From the IMG/VR virus record IMGVR_UViG_3300031658_000005, positions 1 through 62,507 of that record: DNA of 62,507 bases; one strand, given 5' to 3'. Under the pieces are notes generated by a model that was not told the origin of the DNA, searched no databases, and saw nothing but the letters and a program-made list of their open reading frames with translations. Source of the DNA: a virus (lineage: Duplodnaviria > Caudoviricetes). The position numbers and the translations under genes were made by a program. Shown here piece by piece: positions 8,531 to 18,841 of this stretch (position 1 is its first letter; each line of letters begins with the position of its first letter).

Positions 8531-9572
8531 AATAGAATGTATTCTTCTTTATAAGTTTGTTGTAAGACGAGTTAAAGCTTTTATTAACGCCATTCTTATT
8601 TCTATTCATCATCTCTTTAGCAATCTTAATTACTTGAGACATAGAATTTTGGTGTGTTTTATTGCAGCACTCAGTAATATATCCCTCTATCTGAGTTTCA
8701 TTCATTTCTCCAAAATCATTTTCCTCTGGAGGAATAAAATAAACTTTTTCAAAGTCCATCGACTCGACCAATTTAAAAATAGATTTAATTGCTCCCTCAA
8801 AACCTCGATTAACAGAGGCTGTATTATCGTTATTGAATGATATGAAGATCTTTTTTATGGGAAGCAGAGCTAGTTTTGAGGTGAATGTAGGAGAAATATT
8901 AAGGCCAAAAGAAACTAAAACATTTTTTACTCCCTTCTCATACAAGGCCAAGCAGTCCCCTACAGATTCGACTATATGCACAGACTCTTTTTTCATAATC
9001 TCGTCCCTAACTTCCTTGATATTGTAGTATGGAAACAACCAATTAGAAGACCTGCCCATATGCAACCACTTGGGCCTATTGTCATCTGTCACTTTTCTAC
9101 CAGAAAAACCATGAATGCGACCGTCTTTTCTGAAGATGGGGAATATAACTCTTTGATACATTTTGCCAGACATAGCTAATCCACATTTAAAATCCTCAAG
9201 AGTTTTTTTGCTAATCCCTTTATCTAAATAAAAATCATGATGAGGGACAAGTTTATTTAGGGCTTTCTCTGGGTATGTTTTCTCTTCTTTCAAAAGGTAT
9301 TTTTGTTTAATTCTTACTCCTATATTTACACCATTATCCTTTAAATAATGCTTTACTACATTGCCATCATTAGTATTTAAAGTCTTCTTTAGCAAAGCTT
9401 CGAAAGGCATAAATTGAGAATCCTCTACATAGTCTTTCCAGACTCCAGTGTCTTTATATATTTGAAGAGCCGTAGAATTATCTCCAGACCTATATACCGC
9501 ATTTGTTCTCCAATACGCACCATGATCTTTTAGGTTGTAACCAAGGTTCTCAAGAACTTCTTTGTAATTCAT
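8517..9572 (-). CDS. dnaG: DnaG-type DNA primase (TOPRIM)
   Basis: RVIFPIFRKDGRIHGFSGR, PKWLH, HIVESVGDCLALY, VSFG, ISFNND, PEENDFGEM; coupled to DnaB. Confidence 0.85.
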   Translation of the reverse strand: MNYKEVLENLGYNLKDHGAYWRTNAVYRSGDNSTALQIYKDTGVWKDYVEDSQFMPFEALLKKTLNTNDGNVVKHYLKDNGVNIGVRIKQKYLLKEEKTYPEKALNKLVPHHDFYLDKGISKKTLEDFKCGLAMSGKMYQRVIFPIFRKDGRIHGFSGRKVTDDNRPKWLHMGRSSNWLFPYYNIKEVRDEIMKKESVHIVESVGDCLALYEKGVKNVLVSFGLNISPTFTSKLALLPIKKIFISFNNDNTASVNRGFEGAIKSIFKLVESMDFEKVYFIPPEENDFGEMNETQIEGYITECCNKTHQNSMSQVIKIAKEMMNRNKNGVNKSFNSSYNKLIKKNTFYYGNF

Positions 9573-11098
9573 TACATCGGTATCTGATCTAGATTATTGC
9601 GACGAACTTCAATTCCCCCTCCATTAGAAGAGTCTACAATGTCTTGTAAATCTCCGCACTCATCAATCCTAAAATTCTCAAGCTTTAAATTAACAAAGTT
9701 TTGCTTCTTTGTTCCATCTGGCATCTCCACTGGATGAATAGCTCTCAAAGCATCCTTGCCTAAGTGCCTTGCTTTTAGATTAATTAATTTGTGAGTTCCA
9801 AAGTTAGCCCCTTCTTCGTGAAGTTCTTCTGCAACCTTTCTTCTAAGTAAAAACAAATGAGAACAGAATTGAGTAATGCCATCAGAGAGGGATACCACGC
9901 TCTCATCATCAACAATAGACCCAACGTTTCTATTACTGGTAATGCCAAGCCTGTTCGACTGAACAGAAGTCAGCATGGAGACACATGGTTTTCCATCAAA
10001 AGATAAGTCTCTATGAATTGTCTGCTTGAATTTATGCACTAAATAAGAAACCTGTTGCCAGCCATCTGCCTTTCCAATGCTGCCAAAGTCACTCTTAATA
10101 TAGTCGAAGCTGAAAATCAAGGGATTGCCTCTTCCAATCTTTGAGAAATAAAATCTTTTTAATAAAGAACACATCTCGTCTGGAGACAAACCCGCGACAT
10201 TCTCATAATAAAACTCCATGCCTTTAATCTTCTCCCAAGCAGACCTGACTTTCGCGACAACTTCGTCCACGCTCCAATCCTTATAAGCAGTTGTCCTCCA
10301 TTTGCCAGTTTGCAAAAGCCATACTGGAATACCCGTCATAGCAGAACATTGCCTAAATATAAGTTCATCTTCGCTCATCTCGCCATTATCAAAGTGAAGA
10401 ACAGCGACCCCATGCTCAGCTGAAACTTTTGTTGTGTAGTCCATACAGAAGTTTGTCTTACCGACTCCAGATCTAGCTACAATAACAGAAATATTACCCG
10501 CGAGCAATAGTGACCCATACATCTCGTTAACTCTTGGATGAGGACCAAGCATTCCGAAGTCTTCAACAGGATTATTCCCCCTGTCCTCCACAAGCTCTTC
10601 CATCATTTCAAACAAGTTGACTGGTCCAGCCTCACTCATCTCAAAATCTTTTATGTTTTTATTGTAGATCTGATCTGATTGCTCTACGAGTTCTCCATAT
10701 TTTAAGTTAGGGTCTGCATTTTTTACAAAATCAGCAACATTTTTGCAGCTATTATAAATTTCCCTACGAGCAGTAAACTTCTTTAATTCTCTAACTGAGC
10801 TTAAGAATATCTTCTCTGTAATCTTGTAGAAAGCGAGTGAGTAAATATACTCTGCCACATCCACACTATCAGGAAAAGTAGCCTTCAGTTGTTGGATTCT
10901 TTGAACAAGAATCGTCTCGTCAATATTTTCTGCATTATTCAAAGCGTTTTTAAGGAGCTTGAAAATTGACACATTAACCTTTGAGTCTTCTGAATAAAAA
11001 TCTCGCTCATTTAAAAAGCTAGAAATTTCCTCCCACTTATGCTGGTGTTGAAGAACACCACTTAAAACTTTTTTTTCTAAATCAAATGAATGTATCAT
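9572..11098 (-). CDS. dnaB: DnaB-like replicative helicase
   Basis: DLEKKVLSGVL N-domain, Walker A ARSGVGKT, GEMS, FDYIK, SVQSNR, KARH. Confidence 0.92.
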   Translation of the reverse strand: MIHSFDLEKKVLSGVLQHQHKWEEISSFLNERDFYSEDSKVNVSIFKLLKNALNNAENIDETILVQRIQQLKATFPDSVDVAEYIYSLAFYKITEKIFLSSVRELKKFTARREIYNSCKNVADFVKNADPNLKYGELVEQSDQIYNKNIKDFEMSEAGPVNLFEMMEELVEDRGNNPVEDFGMLGPHPRVNEMYGSLLLAGNISVIVARSGVGKTNFCMDYTTKVSAEHGVAVLHFDNGEMSEDELIFRQCSAMTGIPVWLLQTGKWRTTAYKDWSVDEVVAKVRSAWEKIKGMEFYYENVAGLSPDEMCSLLKRFYFSKIGRGNPLIFSFDYIKSDFGSIGKADGWQQVSYLVHKFKQTIHRDLSFDGKPCVSMLTSVQSNRLGITSNRNVGSIVDDESVVSLSDGITQFCSHLFLLRRKVAEELHEEGANFGTHKLINLKARHLGKDALRAIHPVEMPDGTKKQNFVNLKLENFRIDECGDLQDIVDSSNGGGIEVRRNNLDQIPM

Positions 11099-11325
11099 AC
11101 GGACATATCGTCGTCTTTTTTCGCCAAGGCCATTTCTATTAACTTGCTAAGGGCCATGTCAACACAAGGGTTTTCAGTCTTGGTAGTCAATGTAGGGCAA
11201 CCATCCTTATTGACATATATTAGCATAAACCCTTTGTTTCCTCCGCTAATAGACCCTGTGGAGTCATAAATTTTATCCAATAGAGATTGAGGTATATCTG
11301 ATTTTTCTTCTTCGAAGCCCTTCAT
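11095..11325 (-). CDS. hypothetical protein
   Basis: 76-aa ORF tightly packed by 4-nt overlaps in the operon. Confidence 0.65.
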   Translation of the reverse strand: MKGFEEEKSDIPQSLLDKIYDSTGSISGGNKGFMLIYVNKDGCPTLTTKTENPCVDMALSKLIEMALAKKDDDMSV

Positions 11326-11738
11326 TTTAAAAGTTTCATTAAGTTTTTGGGGTAGCTTTTTGAGTCCATTATTTCCGACTCTAAAATTCTAATTAATTTA
11401 ATATTATTAATATCGCAAAAATACTCTTTTTTTTCGTCTCTCTTTAATTGACTGAGAAAGTTTTGCCTAGAGTTTGAATGAAAGAACTTATTGTATTTAT
11501 AGTGCTGGTTCCCATCTACTTCAATCGCAATATTCTGTGTAGCGTTAAAAAAGTCAATGGTCATTCTAGTTCCAGCAACAGGGAATTCTTCGAATACCAC
11601 ATCAGCAAACCAATGTTTTTTAATATTATTTTTTACGCTTTTTTGTATTCCGCTTCTGCATTTTGCATCCCAATCAATCAAATACTTAGAGACATTTTTG
11701 ATCTTTTTTTTCCTACCATTTGCACACAAAAAAGTCAT
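11322..11738 (-). CDS. Vsr/DUF559-like endonuclease
   Basis: EEFPV...IDFF...IAIEVDGNQHY...RDEKKEYFC..NNIKLIRI signature. Confidence 0.8.
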   Translation of the reverse strand: MTFLCANGRKKKIKNVSKYLIDWDAKCRSGIQKSVKNNIKKHWFADVVFEEFPVAGTRMTIDFFNATQNIAIEVDGNQHYKYNKFFHSNSRQNFLSQLKRDEKKEYFCDINNIKLIRILESEIMDSKSYPKNLMKLLK

Positions 11739-12874
11739 ACTAACTCCTTATTTAGGATATTGTCTTTTACAAATTCCGCCAGACAAGAGGTGGCTTTTTC
11801 ATCGCCCTCTAGGAACTCATAAAATGAACGACTACCTTGGTAAGAATCTTTAAAGCTAACCTCCTTGCCTTTAAGGTATTCTTTTAACTCTTCGTCAAGC
11901 TTTAGCCAAGCTCCCGCTTTTTCCAAATAACCCCACATAATAAGCATTTCTACGATCTCCCTCTCAATCCAAATGGACTTGCCCCCCATGCGACCATGTT
12001 TGATGGGATAAGTAACTATCTGACCCGTAGACTCGTTAGTTGATTTCAGGATTGCGACCTTAGCATTGTGGCCGTAAATTTTATTTTCTGGAGTGATTTG
12101 CTCATTTGGTTTTTCCAAAATCTTATCGGACTTGTTCTGCTTTTTAAATTCTAAAATCCAATCAGGATAGTGAAGGATTGCATTGCCGCCGCTACTATTG
12201 GTTTGGTTGTTTGGGTCTGCCTTAGCGTATTGACTAATATTAATAGAGCTGCGAACTTGAGAAATCATAATACACATATGTCCAAATTTACTCATTCCCA
12301 AGCTAACGCGCTTCAAGAAATCCGAACACATTAAAGCTCCTCCTGCAACTTTTCTGGCATCTGAAGACCCTTTATCCAAATCTTCCTTAGTGATGAGTCC
12401 GTCCATACTATCTATGACAATACAAAATTTCTCCTGATCTTTATTGTTTCTTAAAAGTCCTCTCAAGAAATCTACGACCGTATCTGTTATATTGCACTCC
12501 CAAACTAAACAGGTTCCTGCAACCCAGTCTTCTGGGAGATATACAAAATCAAGACCAGCTCTATTTCTTATATCTTCACTAAGGCGACCTTCAGCCATAA
12601 CGAACAGGCCTTTGGAATTATCCAGATTCTTAATCATGTTGTGCATGACATGAAGGGCTTCGTTTGTTTTCCCTCCCTCGTTAGCACCAATAAACCTATG
12701 CAATCCTGAACTAAATCCCCCACCCAAAACTTTATCTAAAATCATTGAGCCGCTTGAGACAAGATATGGCTTGGCCCCCTCCTCAAAATTAAGGTGATAT
12801 TCTTGGTTCGATTTAAAATAAGCCTGTGCGTATTCTCTTGAATCATTAAGGGTTTTACTATTCTTCTTATTCAT
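11735..12874 (-). CDS. recA: RecA/UvsX-like recombinase
   Basis: VSSGSMILDKVLGGG, Walker A GANEGGKT, MAEG, VIDSMDGL, MISQVR, SSGGNAILHY, EKAGAW. Confidence 0.9.
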   Translation of the reverse strand: MNKKNSKTLNDSREYAQAYFKSNQEYHLNFEEGAKPYLVSSGSMILDKVLGGGFSSGLHRFIGANEGGKTNEALHVMHNMIKNLDNSKGLFVMAEGRLSEDIRNRAGLDFVYLPEDWVAGTCLVWECNITDTVVDFLRGLLRNNKDQEKFCIVIDSMDGLITKEDLDKGSSDARKVAGGALMCSDFLKRVSLGMSKFGHMCIMISQVRSSINISQYAKADPNNQTNSSGGNAILHYPDWILEFKKQNKSDKILEKPNEQITPENKIYGHNAKVAILKSTNESTGQIVTYPIKHGRMGGKSIWIEREIVEMLIMWGYLEKAGAWLKLDEELKEYLKGKEVSFKDSYQGSRSFYEFLEGDEKATSCLAEFVKDNILNKELV

Positions 12875-13319
12875 TTAAAAAATCTTTTAGCGTTTTCTTT
12901 TTGTTCTCCAGAATATCTTGGCCTACCTTCTCCTTAGTGTCAAGATATTTATCTTTGTCAGGCGGCTTGTAATAAAACTCCTTGCGTTTTTTTGTCAAAT
13001 ACTCTCTCCCTTCTTTAGTTAAAAAGAATTTAATTGTATTTTTAAATACAAATGGAGGCTTTACTTTCTCTAGAAATTCTAGGTCTTTCTCACAATCTAC
13101 AAATTGCTCAAAAACCTTTGTTACTGTGTGCATTTCCATGCGCCAGTCTAAAGCCTTAGATTCTCCAAGCATCCTTTTTATAAAGTTCTTCCTAGCAGAA
13201 AAGAAGGGCTTGGGCTTTTTCTTTTTTGCGGGAGAAAATTTGTGACCGCAATCACACAGTCCAACTCTCGCTCCGACCAAAGCGTTACAGGAGGGGCAGG
13301 TCTTTTTACCTCTGGGCAT
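12867..13319 (-). CDS. hypothetical protein with N-terminal zinc ribbon
   Basis: KTCPSC...LCDCGHKF; basic protein. Confidence 0.65.
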   Translation of the reverse strand: MPRGKKTCPSCNALVGARVGLCDCGHKFSPAKKKKPKPFFSARKNFIKRMLGESKALDWRMEMHTVTKVFEQFVDCEKDLEFLEKVKPPFVFKNTIKFFLTKEGREYLTKKRKEFYYKPPDKDKYLDTKEKVGQDILENKKKTLKDFLNE

Positions 13320-13322
13320 GGA

Positions 13323-14357
13323 TCAAACCATACTTAACTTCAAATCATTGTCAACCATTTTTCCTACAAGGTTGGTGAAATTTGTTTTAGGCTCCCAGCC
13401 AAGGTTTTTGCGAGCTTCAGAGGAATCGCCCAAAAGCAACTCTACTTCAGCGGGGCGATAGAAATCTGGATTAATTTGCACCAAGACCCTTCCTTCGTGA
13501 AGGTATTTCTCGTTGACTCCCTTTCCCGCCCACTCGCATTTTTCTACGGCAAAACCCGCAAAGTTGAAAGCCTCCTCAACAAACTCTCTAATAGAGTGCG
13601 TCTCGTTAGAAGCGAGAATGTATTCTTTGGGTTCTTCTTGATTTAGCATTAGCCAAACACCCTCCACAAAATCTTCTGCATCACTCCAATCTCTTTTAGA
13701 ATCCACATTACCTAGCTCAAGGGGCTTAAAATCATCAAGAATATACTCTTGCTTAATTCTAGAAACGCCTTTGGTAATCTTGCGGGTAACGAATTCTTCT
13801 CCACGACGAGTCCCTTCGTGGTTAAATAGCCAACCTTGAATAGCAAATAATTGATAAGAATCTCTCCAGACTTTCACCATGTGCCTTGCACTAGCCTTAG
13901 AAACGCCATATGGACTCCGTGGCCGTATTGGGTGAAGTTCTGATTGAGGAGAAAACAAAACGTCTCCAAACTCCTCTGAGGAGCCAGCATTATAGTATCT
14001 GCAATTTGGGCAGTGTTTCCGAATAGCCTCTAGCTGATATAAGACGGCCATTGCGTTCGTTTCCATGTGATTGACTGGCATCCTCCAGCTAACTCCAACA
14101 AAAGAATTAGCAGCGAAGTTAATAAAATAATCAGGCTTCTCTTCTGCAATCACAAGCTCTGTATTGGCCTGATCTGCAACGTCAAGATCAATGAGCTTGA
14201 ATCGTGGATTACCCGCTAGATGAGAAATGTTTTCGTGGTTTTTGACACTGAGGCGACGAACTCCCGCAATAATAGTATACTCTGTATTCTCTAAAAGGTA
14301 GTCTGCCATAAAACTACCATCTTGACCTGTTACTCCTGTAATAATTACTTTTTTCAT
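13323..14357 (-). CDS. gmd: GDP-mannose 4,6-dehydratase
   Basis: IITGVTGQDGS, AANSFVGVSW, AGSSEEFG, PRSPYGVSK, LFNHEGTRRGEEFVTRKI, LGNVDSKRDW, YRPAEVELLLGD. Confidence 0.95.
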   Translation of the reverse strand: MKKVIITGVTGQDGSFMADYLLENTEYTIIAGVRRLSVKNHENISHLAGNPRFKLIDLDVADQANTELVIAEEKPDYFINFAANSFVGVSWRMPVNHMETNAMAVLYQLEAIRKHCPNCRYYNAGSSEEFGDVLFSPQSELHPIRPRSPYGVSKASARHMVKVWRDSYQLFAIQGWLFNHEGTRRGEEFVTRKITKGVSRIKQEYILDDFKPLELGNVDSKRDWSDAEDFVEGVWLMLNQEEPKEYILASNETHSIREFVEEAFNFAGFAVEKCEWAGKGVNEKYLHEGRVLVQINPDFYRPAEVELLLGDSSEARKNLGWEPKTNFTNLVGKMVDNDLKLSMV

Positions 14358-15515
14358 TTAAATATTATTTAATTTAGAAACCAGTTTTTCAATTTTAGTT
14401 TCTTTTAAATTGTGGAAAAGACCCACGTAAAATCCATTGTGATGCAGATCAATCGAGTTGGCATAATCAATTTCATCTTGGAAAAACTCTTTATAGCAAG
14501 TTTGGTAACCTAGAAATCCAGATATAATAGGTCTATATTCTATTTCTAGATCCTTGCATATATTCAATGCCTTCTTTTTTTTATCACTCTTGCATATAAT
14601 AGGTAGACAAAATGGAACATGTTCTCCTTCTTGCAATTCAGTAGGTAAGTAAAATTTATTTAAGTCCAACTTTGATTTAAATAGATTATACAATTTTTTT
14701 CTAGATTCTGTATATTTCTCCACTCTTTTTAGGTCTAGCATACCAACAAAAGCATTGAAATCTGAGTTTCTAAAATTATTACCGAGAGTATAAAAATCAA
14801 AAAGACTATCCACTAATTTATTCTCATAGCAAGAAGTATCTATGTCGTAAGCTTTTAAGCTCCTAACCATGCCATGATTTCTGTTGATTAAATAATATTC
14901 ATACTCCTCTTTCGAATTAGTAAATATAAAGCCTCCCTCAATAGATTGTATTTGATGACCGAAATACGTTGAGGTTGTGGAAGTAAAAAACGAAGAAACA
15001 TTTTTATTATCATAAGTTCCAAATGTATTTTCACAATTATCAAAATTTATATTTACTCCATATTTTTTTTGCAACCTCTGATATTCGCCCATTTTTGGAG
15101 TAAATCCAATCAGTGAAGTTGGAAAAACACAAGCTATTCTATCTTTATTCTTAATAATGAAATCTTCTAGTTTGGATAGATCCATAGAGAAATCAGATAA
15201 ATTTATATCAATAAATTTAGGATTAAATCCCGCTTTAATCCAAGGAGAACAAGATGTCTGCCAAGTAGTTGAGGGTAACACTACAATATTCCTATCTTCA
15301 CAAACAGATTTTTGATAATCCGCCAAAAGAGTATTAGCAGTAGACCCGCTTGAAACATAAACAGAATATTTACAACCCACATAATCTGCCATTTTGAATT
15401 CAAACTCTTTAACTCTATCTCCTTGAGTCCACCTGTTAGAAGGATTCAATATAAATTTGCAAATCTTGAGTCGATCTAAAAAAGAAAAATTATTAATATT
15501 TAAGGGCCAATTCAT
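14358..15515 (-). CDS. colD: PLP-dependent sugar 3-dehydratase, ColD-like (DegT/DnrJ fold, His replacing the Schiff-base Lys)
   Basis: VSSGSTAN, FDNCE, STYFGHQIQSIEGG (His at the catalytic Lys position), RNHGMVR, LGNNFRN, EYRPIISG; directly adjacent to gmd. Confidence 0.75.
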   Translation of the reverse strand: MNWPLNINNFSFLDRLKICKFILNPSNRWTQGDRVKEFEFKMADYVGCKYSVYVSSGSTANTLLADYQKSVCEDRNIVVLPSTTWQTSCSPWIKAGFNPKFIDINLSDFSMDLSKLEDFIIKNKDRIACVFPTSLIGFTPKMGEYQRLQKKYGVNINFDNCENTFGTYDNKNVSSFFTSTTSTYFGHQIQSIEGGFIFTNSKEEYEYYLINRNHGMVRSLKAYDIDTSCYENKLVDSLFDFYTLGNNFRNSDFNAFVGMLDLKRVEKYTESRKKLYNLFKSKLDLNKFYLPTELQEGEHVPFCLPIICKSDKKKKALNICKDLEIEYRPIISGFLGYQTCYKEFFQDEIDYANSIDLHHNGFYVGLFHNLKETKIEKLVSKLNNI

Positions 15516-16447
15516 AAGGTATTGTATACTTTGATTATATTTTTTGCTACAGAAGTTTCGCTAAACTTTTCTTTATATTGAATGCTATGTTTTTCAACAA
15601 AATTTTCACAAGCATCATTCCATTCTGGATTATTTATAGAAGAAGATATTTTATCTGGAGAGGAATCAACGCCTATTCCAGACCATAGTTCTTCGCTAGT
15701 TGGGTCATCCTTACAAACAATTGTCTTTGTTTTTGTCACAATTGATTCTAGCGCTGGTAACCCAACAGATTTAAAAGCTGAAGGAAAAAAGAAATACTCC
15801 ACAGAATTATAAAATAAGTTAAGAACTTCATCACTCACCACTCCATAGTAATCTCCCCACCTTGGGTTCTCTGAACCCACTATAGCTAACGAGTCTACAG
15901 GATCTCCCATCTCCATTATTGTTTCAGCAACAATGTGAAACCTTTTGTTAGGATCATTTGCTCTTCCAACATAAAGGTATTTGTAATTCTTGCCTCTTTG
16001 GTTTTTGATTTTATCTTTATCTTGCAAGTCCAAGTAAGAGACATTTTTTATGGGGTTGTAAATTACTTTGCTTTCTAAATCACACCAATTTAATAATTGC
16101 CACTGAACCTCTTCGCATATGCATGTGACTAAATCACAACCTTTTAACTTTTCTTTTAGGTCCAAGGGGTCGTAGCTTCTCCCATAAGGATTGTCTATGT
16201 AAGGATATCTAGATATATCATACTTATTTCCGTCAATACAGTGAGGAGGCAAATCCAAAACATTATAGATTATTTTAGCTTTTGAATTCTTGTTTTTAAA
16301 ATCAAGATCATACGAAGAAGGATCGTTGCAGTAAATCATATCTGCGTCCTCTATATTTGTTATTTGGTGACCTAAAGAAATAAAACCATTCCTAATTCTA
16401 TCTATTTGATTTATATAAGCTTCTGCTCCTGCACAATAAATATTCAT
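15512..16447 (-). CDS. GT-B glycosyltransferase (GT4-like)
   Basis: KVIYNP, YLYVGR...NKR, YYGVVSDE.L..FYNS...FFFPSAFKSVGLPALES. Confidence 0.8.
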   Translation of the reverse strand: MNIYCAGAEAYINQIDRIRNGFISLGHQITNIEDADMIYCNDPSSYDLDFKNKNSKAKIIYNVLDLPPHCIDGNKYDISRYPYIDNPYGRSYDPLDLKEKLKGCDLVTCICEEVQWQLLNWCDLESKVIYNPIKNVSYLDLQDKDKIKNQRGKNYKYLYVGRANDPNKRFHIVAETIMEMGDPVDSLAIVGSENPRWGDYYGVVSDEVLNLFYNSVEYFFFPSAFKSVGLPALESIVTKTKTIVCKDDPTSEELWSGIGVDSSPDKISSSINNPEWNDACENFVEKHSIQYKEKFSETSVAKNIIKVYNTL

Positions 16448-17205
16448 ATTGTTTTTACTTCTGGTTTTTTTTGATTAAATTTTGTAAAAAATTCTTCTCT
16501 AAATGAAAGTTTATTATTTTCTTCATCCCATTCATAAGAACAGATCCCATTATATCTTTTAAGTTGATACTTTATTTTTGCTTTTAAAAACTCTTTAGAA
16601 CCTACCCAAGAATAGTGGTCAGGAAAACAATTTTCTTTAGGTATTTGTGTAATAGATAAATTTTTATAGTCTACAATTTGGTTATTAATATTATAAGCTA
16701 TATCGTTCTCATAATAAAAATGACTCAACGCATTTTTCCCTTTATACTTTGTAGAAAAGATTCTTGGTGGATTAAAATCCTCAATATAATGACCTTTTGA
16801 AAAGACGAAATTTTTAAAGTTTATCTTATATGATTGGCTTTCGGGATTTTCTTTAATATATTTAATTGTTTTTATTATATCATCTTCTGAATAAAATTCA
16901 TCCTGATCTAGAAGCCATATATAATCAAGATCGTGAACCATCAAATGTTGCAGGGGAGAATTTCTAGAGAAGGAATCATTCGCCTCTTTGCCTAAACAAA
17001 TATAATCGATAAAATCTCTATGGTATTTTAGGAGTTGTATCGGAGTTTCCGTATCATCAATGTCCCACCCACTTTCAACATAATCTTTGTATTGATAGCT
17101 TGACACAGCTACTTTTTTGATCTCTGGTATACTTTTCCAGTTTTTTAAAACCCTCTCTGTATATTCAGGAAAACCATAAAAATTACACAGTAAACCTATT
17201 TTCAT
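16444..17205 (-). CDS. GT-A glycosyltransferase (GT2-like)
   Basis: SRN...DYIWLLDQDEFY (DxD), PPRIF, DHYSWV. Start taken at MKIGLLC (ATGA overlap). Confidence 0.75.
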   Translation of the reverse strand: MKIGLLCNFYGFPEYTERVLKNWKSIPEIKKVAVSSYQYKDYVESGWDIDDTETPIQLLKYHRDFIDYICLGKEANDSFSRNSPLQHLMVHDLDYIWLLDQDEFYSEDDIIKTIKYIKENPESQSYKINFKNFVFSKGHYIEDFNPPRIFSTKYKGKNALSHFYYENDIAYNINNQIVDYKNLSITQIPKENCFPDHYSWVGSKEFLKAKIKYQLKRYNGICSYEWDEENNKLSFREEFFTKFNQKKPEVKTI

Positions 17206-17996
17206 AAACTTTTCCAAAGGTTGAGATTATGCTTTTCCGATTTTCTGTCTTTTAGCTCCTGCTCTGTAATATCATGAGAATTTGGATCACCGCCTGTAGC
17301 CTCTACCCAAAAATTATGCCAAAATTTATTTACCTTGATCCTTTCTTTTAAATCGACATAACCTAGATGGTATACAAAAGGCATCCCACTAGCACAATAT
17401 TTAAGAGTATTTTCTATATCTGTGATATCGCAGAGAGGATATGTTTGCAGGAGTTCTCCTTCGTCATTAATCAATTCATCTGTACTTGTTTTATTGTAAT
17501 CTGGTCTCCCGTCTTCTTTTATACCAAAGTTAACTGGTCCTCTATTTAAACCTTTCTTGTGGATATACCATTTTGCACCAAAATCTATATAATGATTATA
17601 ATTACCATAAAGATTTACTACTGGGACAAAGAGAGACGCAAATTCGTTAGACTGAATTAACTGTTCCCCCAAGTTTACTATGGCCGATTTATCCCCACCT
17701 AATCTTTCGTCCAAGTTTTGTTGGACCATTAAATCTCCAGAACAAGCTTGTAGAGCAGAATTCTCTGTTTTCCCATAACAATACGGGTCATCATAAGAAA
17801 TATCTACTGATACGACTTTAAGATTATATCCCTTCTCTTCTCCATACTGCCTAATGACATTATCTGTATCGTCTTCACTTTTATTGACTGCTATACAAAC
17901 TTCGTCAGCGTAGAAAAACCAATTGTCTAATGCGCCCTTGTGATCAAATCCTTTATCTAAAATGTTAAAGGCTGTTGAATAAATACTTATTTTCAT
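17202..17996 (-). CDS. GT-A glycosyltransferase (GT2-like)
   Basis: MKISIYSTAFN, ADEVCIAVNKSEDDT, NSALQACSGDLMVQQNLDE, VYHLGY. Confidence 0.8.
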   Translation of the reverse strand: MKISIYSTAFNILDKGFDHKGALDNWFFYADEVCIAVNKSEDDTDNVIRQYGEEKGYNLKVVSVDISYDDPYCYGKTENSALQACSGDLMVQQNLDERLGGDKSAIVNLGEQLIQSNEFASLFVPVVNLYGNYNHYIDFGAKWYIHKKGLNRGPVNFGIKEDGRPDYNKTSTDELINDEGELLQTYPLCDITDIENTLKYCASGMPFVYHLGYVDLKERIKVNKFWHNFWVEATGGDPNSHDITEQELKDRKSEKHNLNLWKSL

Positions 17997-17998
17997 AA

Positions 17999-18841
17999 TT
18001 AAAATTTAATTTGTTTAAAACAGCTGAAGTCGTGCTTATCTATAAACCCCTCTTTTTGTTGTAAGATTTTATATCTATACCAATCATTTAAAAATTTGTC
18101 AAAGTTTATACATTCTTTTATTTCGTCATTCAATCTATATCTGAAGCATTCCTCAATTGAGGGCAAACAAAATGGGTTAAGCCCCTCCTTTTTAATGAGT
18201 TCAATTAATTTAGAACGATTCAGGTATCTTTCGTTTACTAACTCTATATCATCTTCAAATCCTAATAAAAGATGATTAGTGTTAGGAAAAAAATAGTATT
18301 TAAAATTATGATCAATGAAATATAGAGGGTCTTGTCTTTTCTCTGACCTAATATTTTTTTGAAACCCCTCCTCCCAAAAGGATTGCTTGGAAAGTTCTAG
18401 AGACTTTGTCACTCCAGAAATCCCTTCGTGAGGGTTGTTTACAAATGCTGTTTGCTCATTGAATTTAAATAAAAATCTTTTATTATGCAAGTATACTCCA
18501 TCTACTCCTGAATAATCAAGGTATGAACAAATACTCTTTAATTTCCCAGTAAAATCTGGAGAAAGTCTTTCTAAGGTATCTATTGTAAGAAACCAATCTC
18601 CGACTTCCATGTAACTCTGAAATAACGAGTGATTCCTGCTGAAGTCCAATCTATTGCACCATTTAGTGTAAATTATCTCTCCCTGACCCTTTACGCTTTC
18701 CAAGTAATCTGCCCCATCATCCTTGGGGTAATGAAAAGTCCAAATAAGACCATCAAAGTCATCTTTAATTGGGTCGATTAATTCTTGAAGATCTTGTTTA
18801 TGACCCTCCGTAGTTATACCTATTAACCAAAGTTTGTTCAT
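17999..18841 (-). CDS. GT-A glycosyltransferase-like protein
   Basis: FDGLIW...DDGADYL...W..RLDFSRNHSL...GDWFLTIDTLERL, RFLF...F.NNPHE pattern of GT2 enzymes. Confidence 0.65.
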   Translation of the reverse strand: MNKLWLIGITTEGHKQDLQELIDPIKDDFDGLIWTFHYPKDDGADYLESVKGQGEIIYTKWCNRLDFSRNHSLFQSYMEVGDWFLTIDTLERLSPDFTGKLKSICSYLDYSGVDGVYLHNKRFLFKFNEQTAFVNNPHEGISGVTKSLELSKQSFWEEGFQKNIRSEKRQDPLYFIDHNFKYYFFPNTNHLLLGFEDDIELVNERYLNRSKLIELIKKEGLNPFCLPSIEECFRYRLNDEIKECINFDKFLNDWYRYKILQQKEGFIDKHDFSCFKQIKF

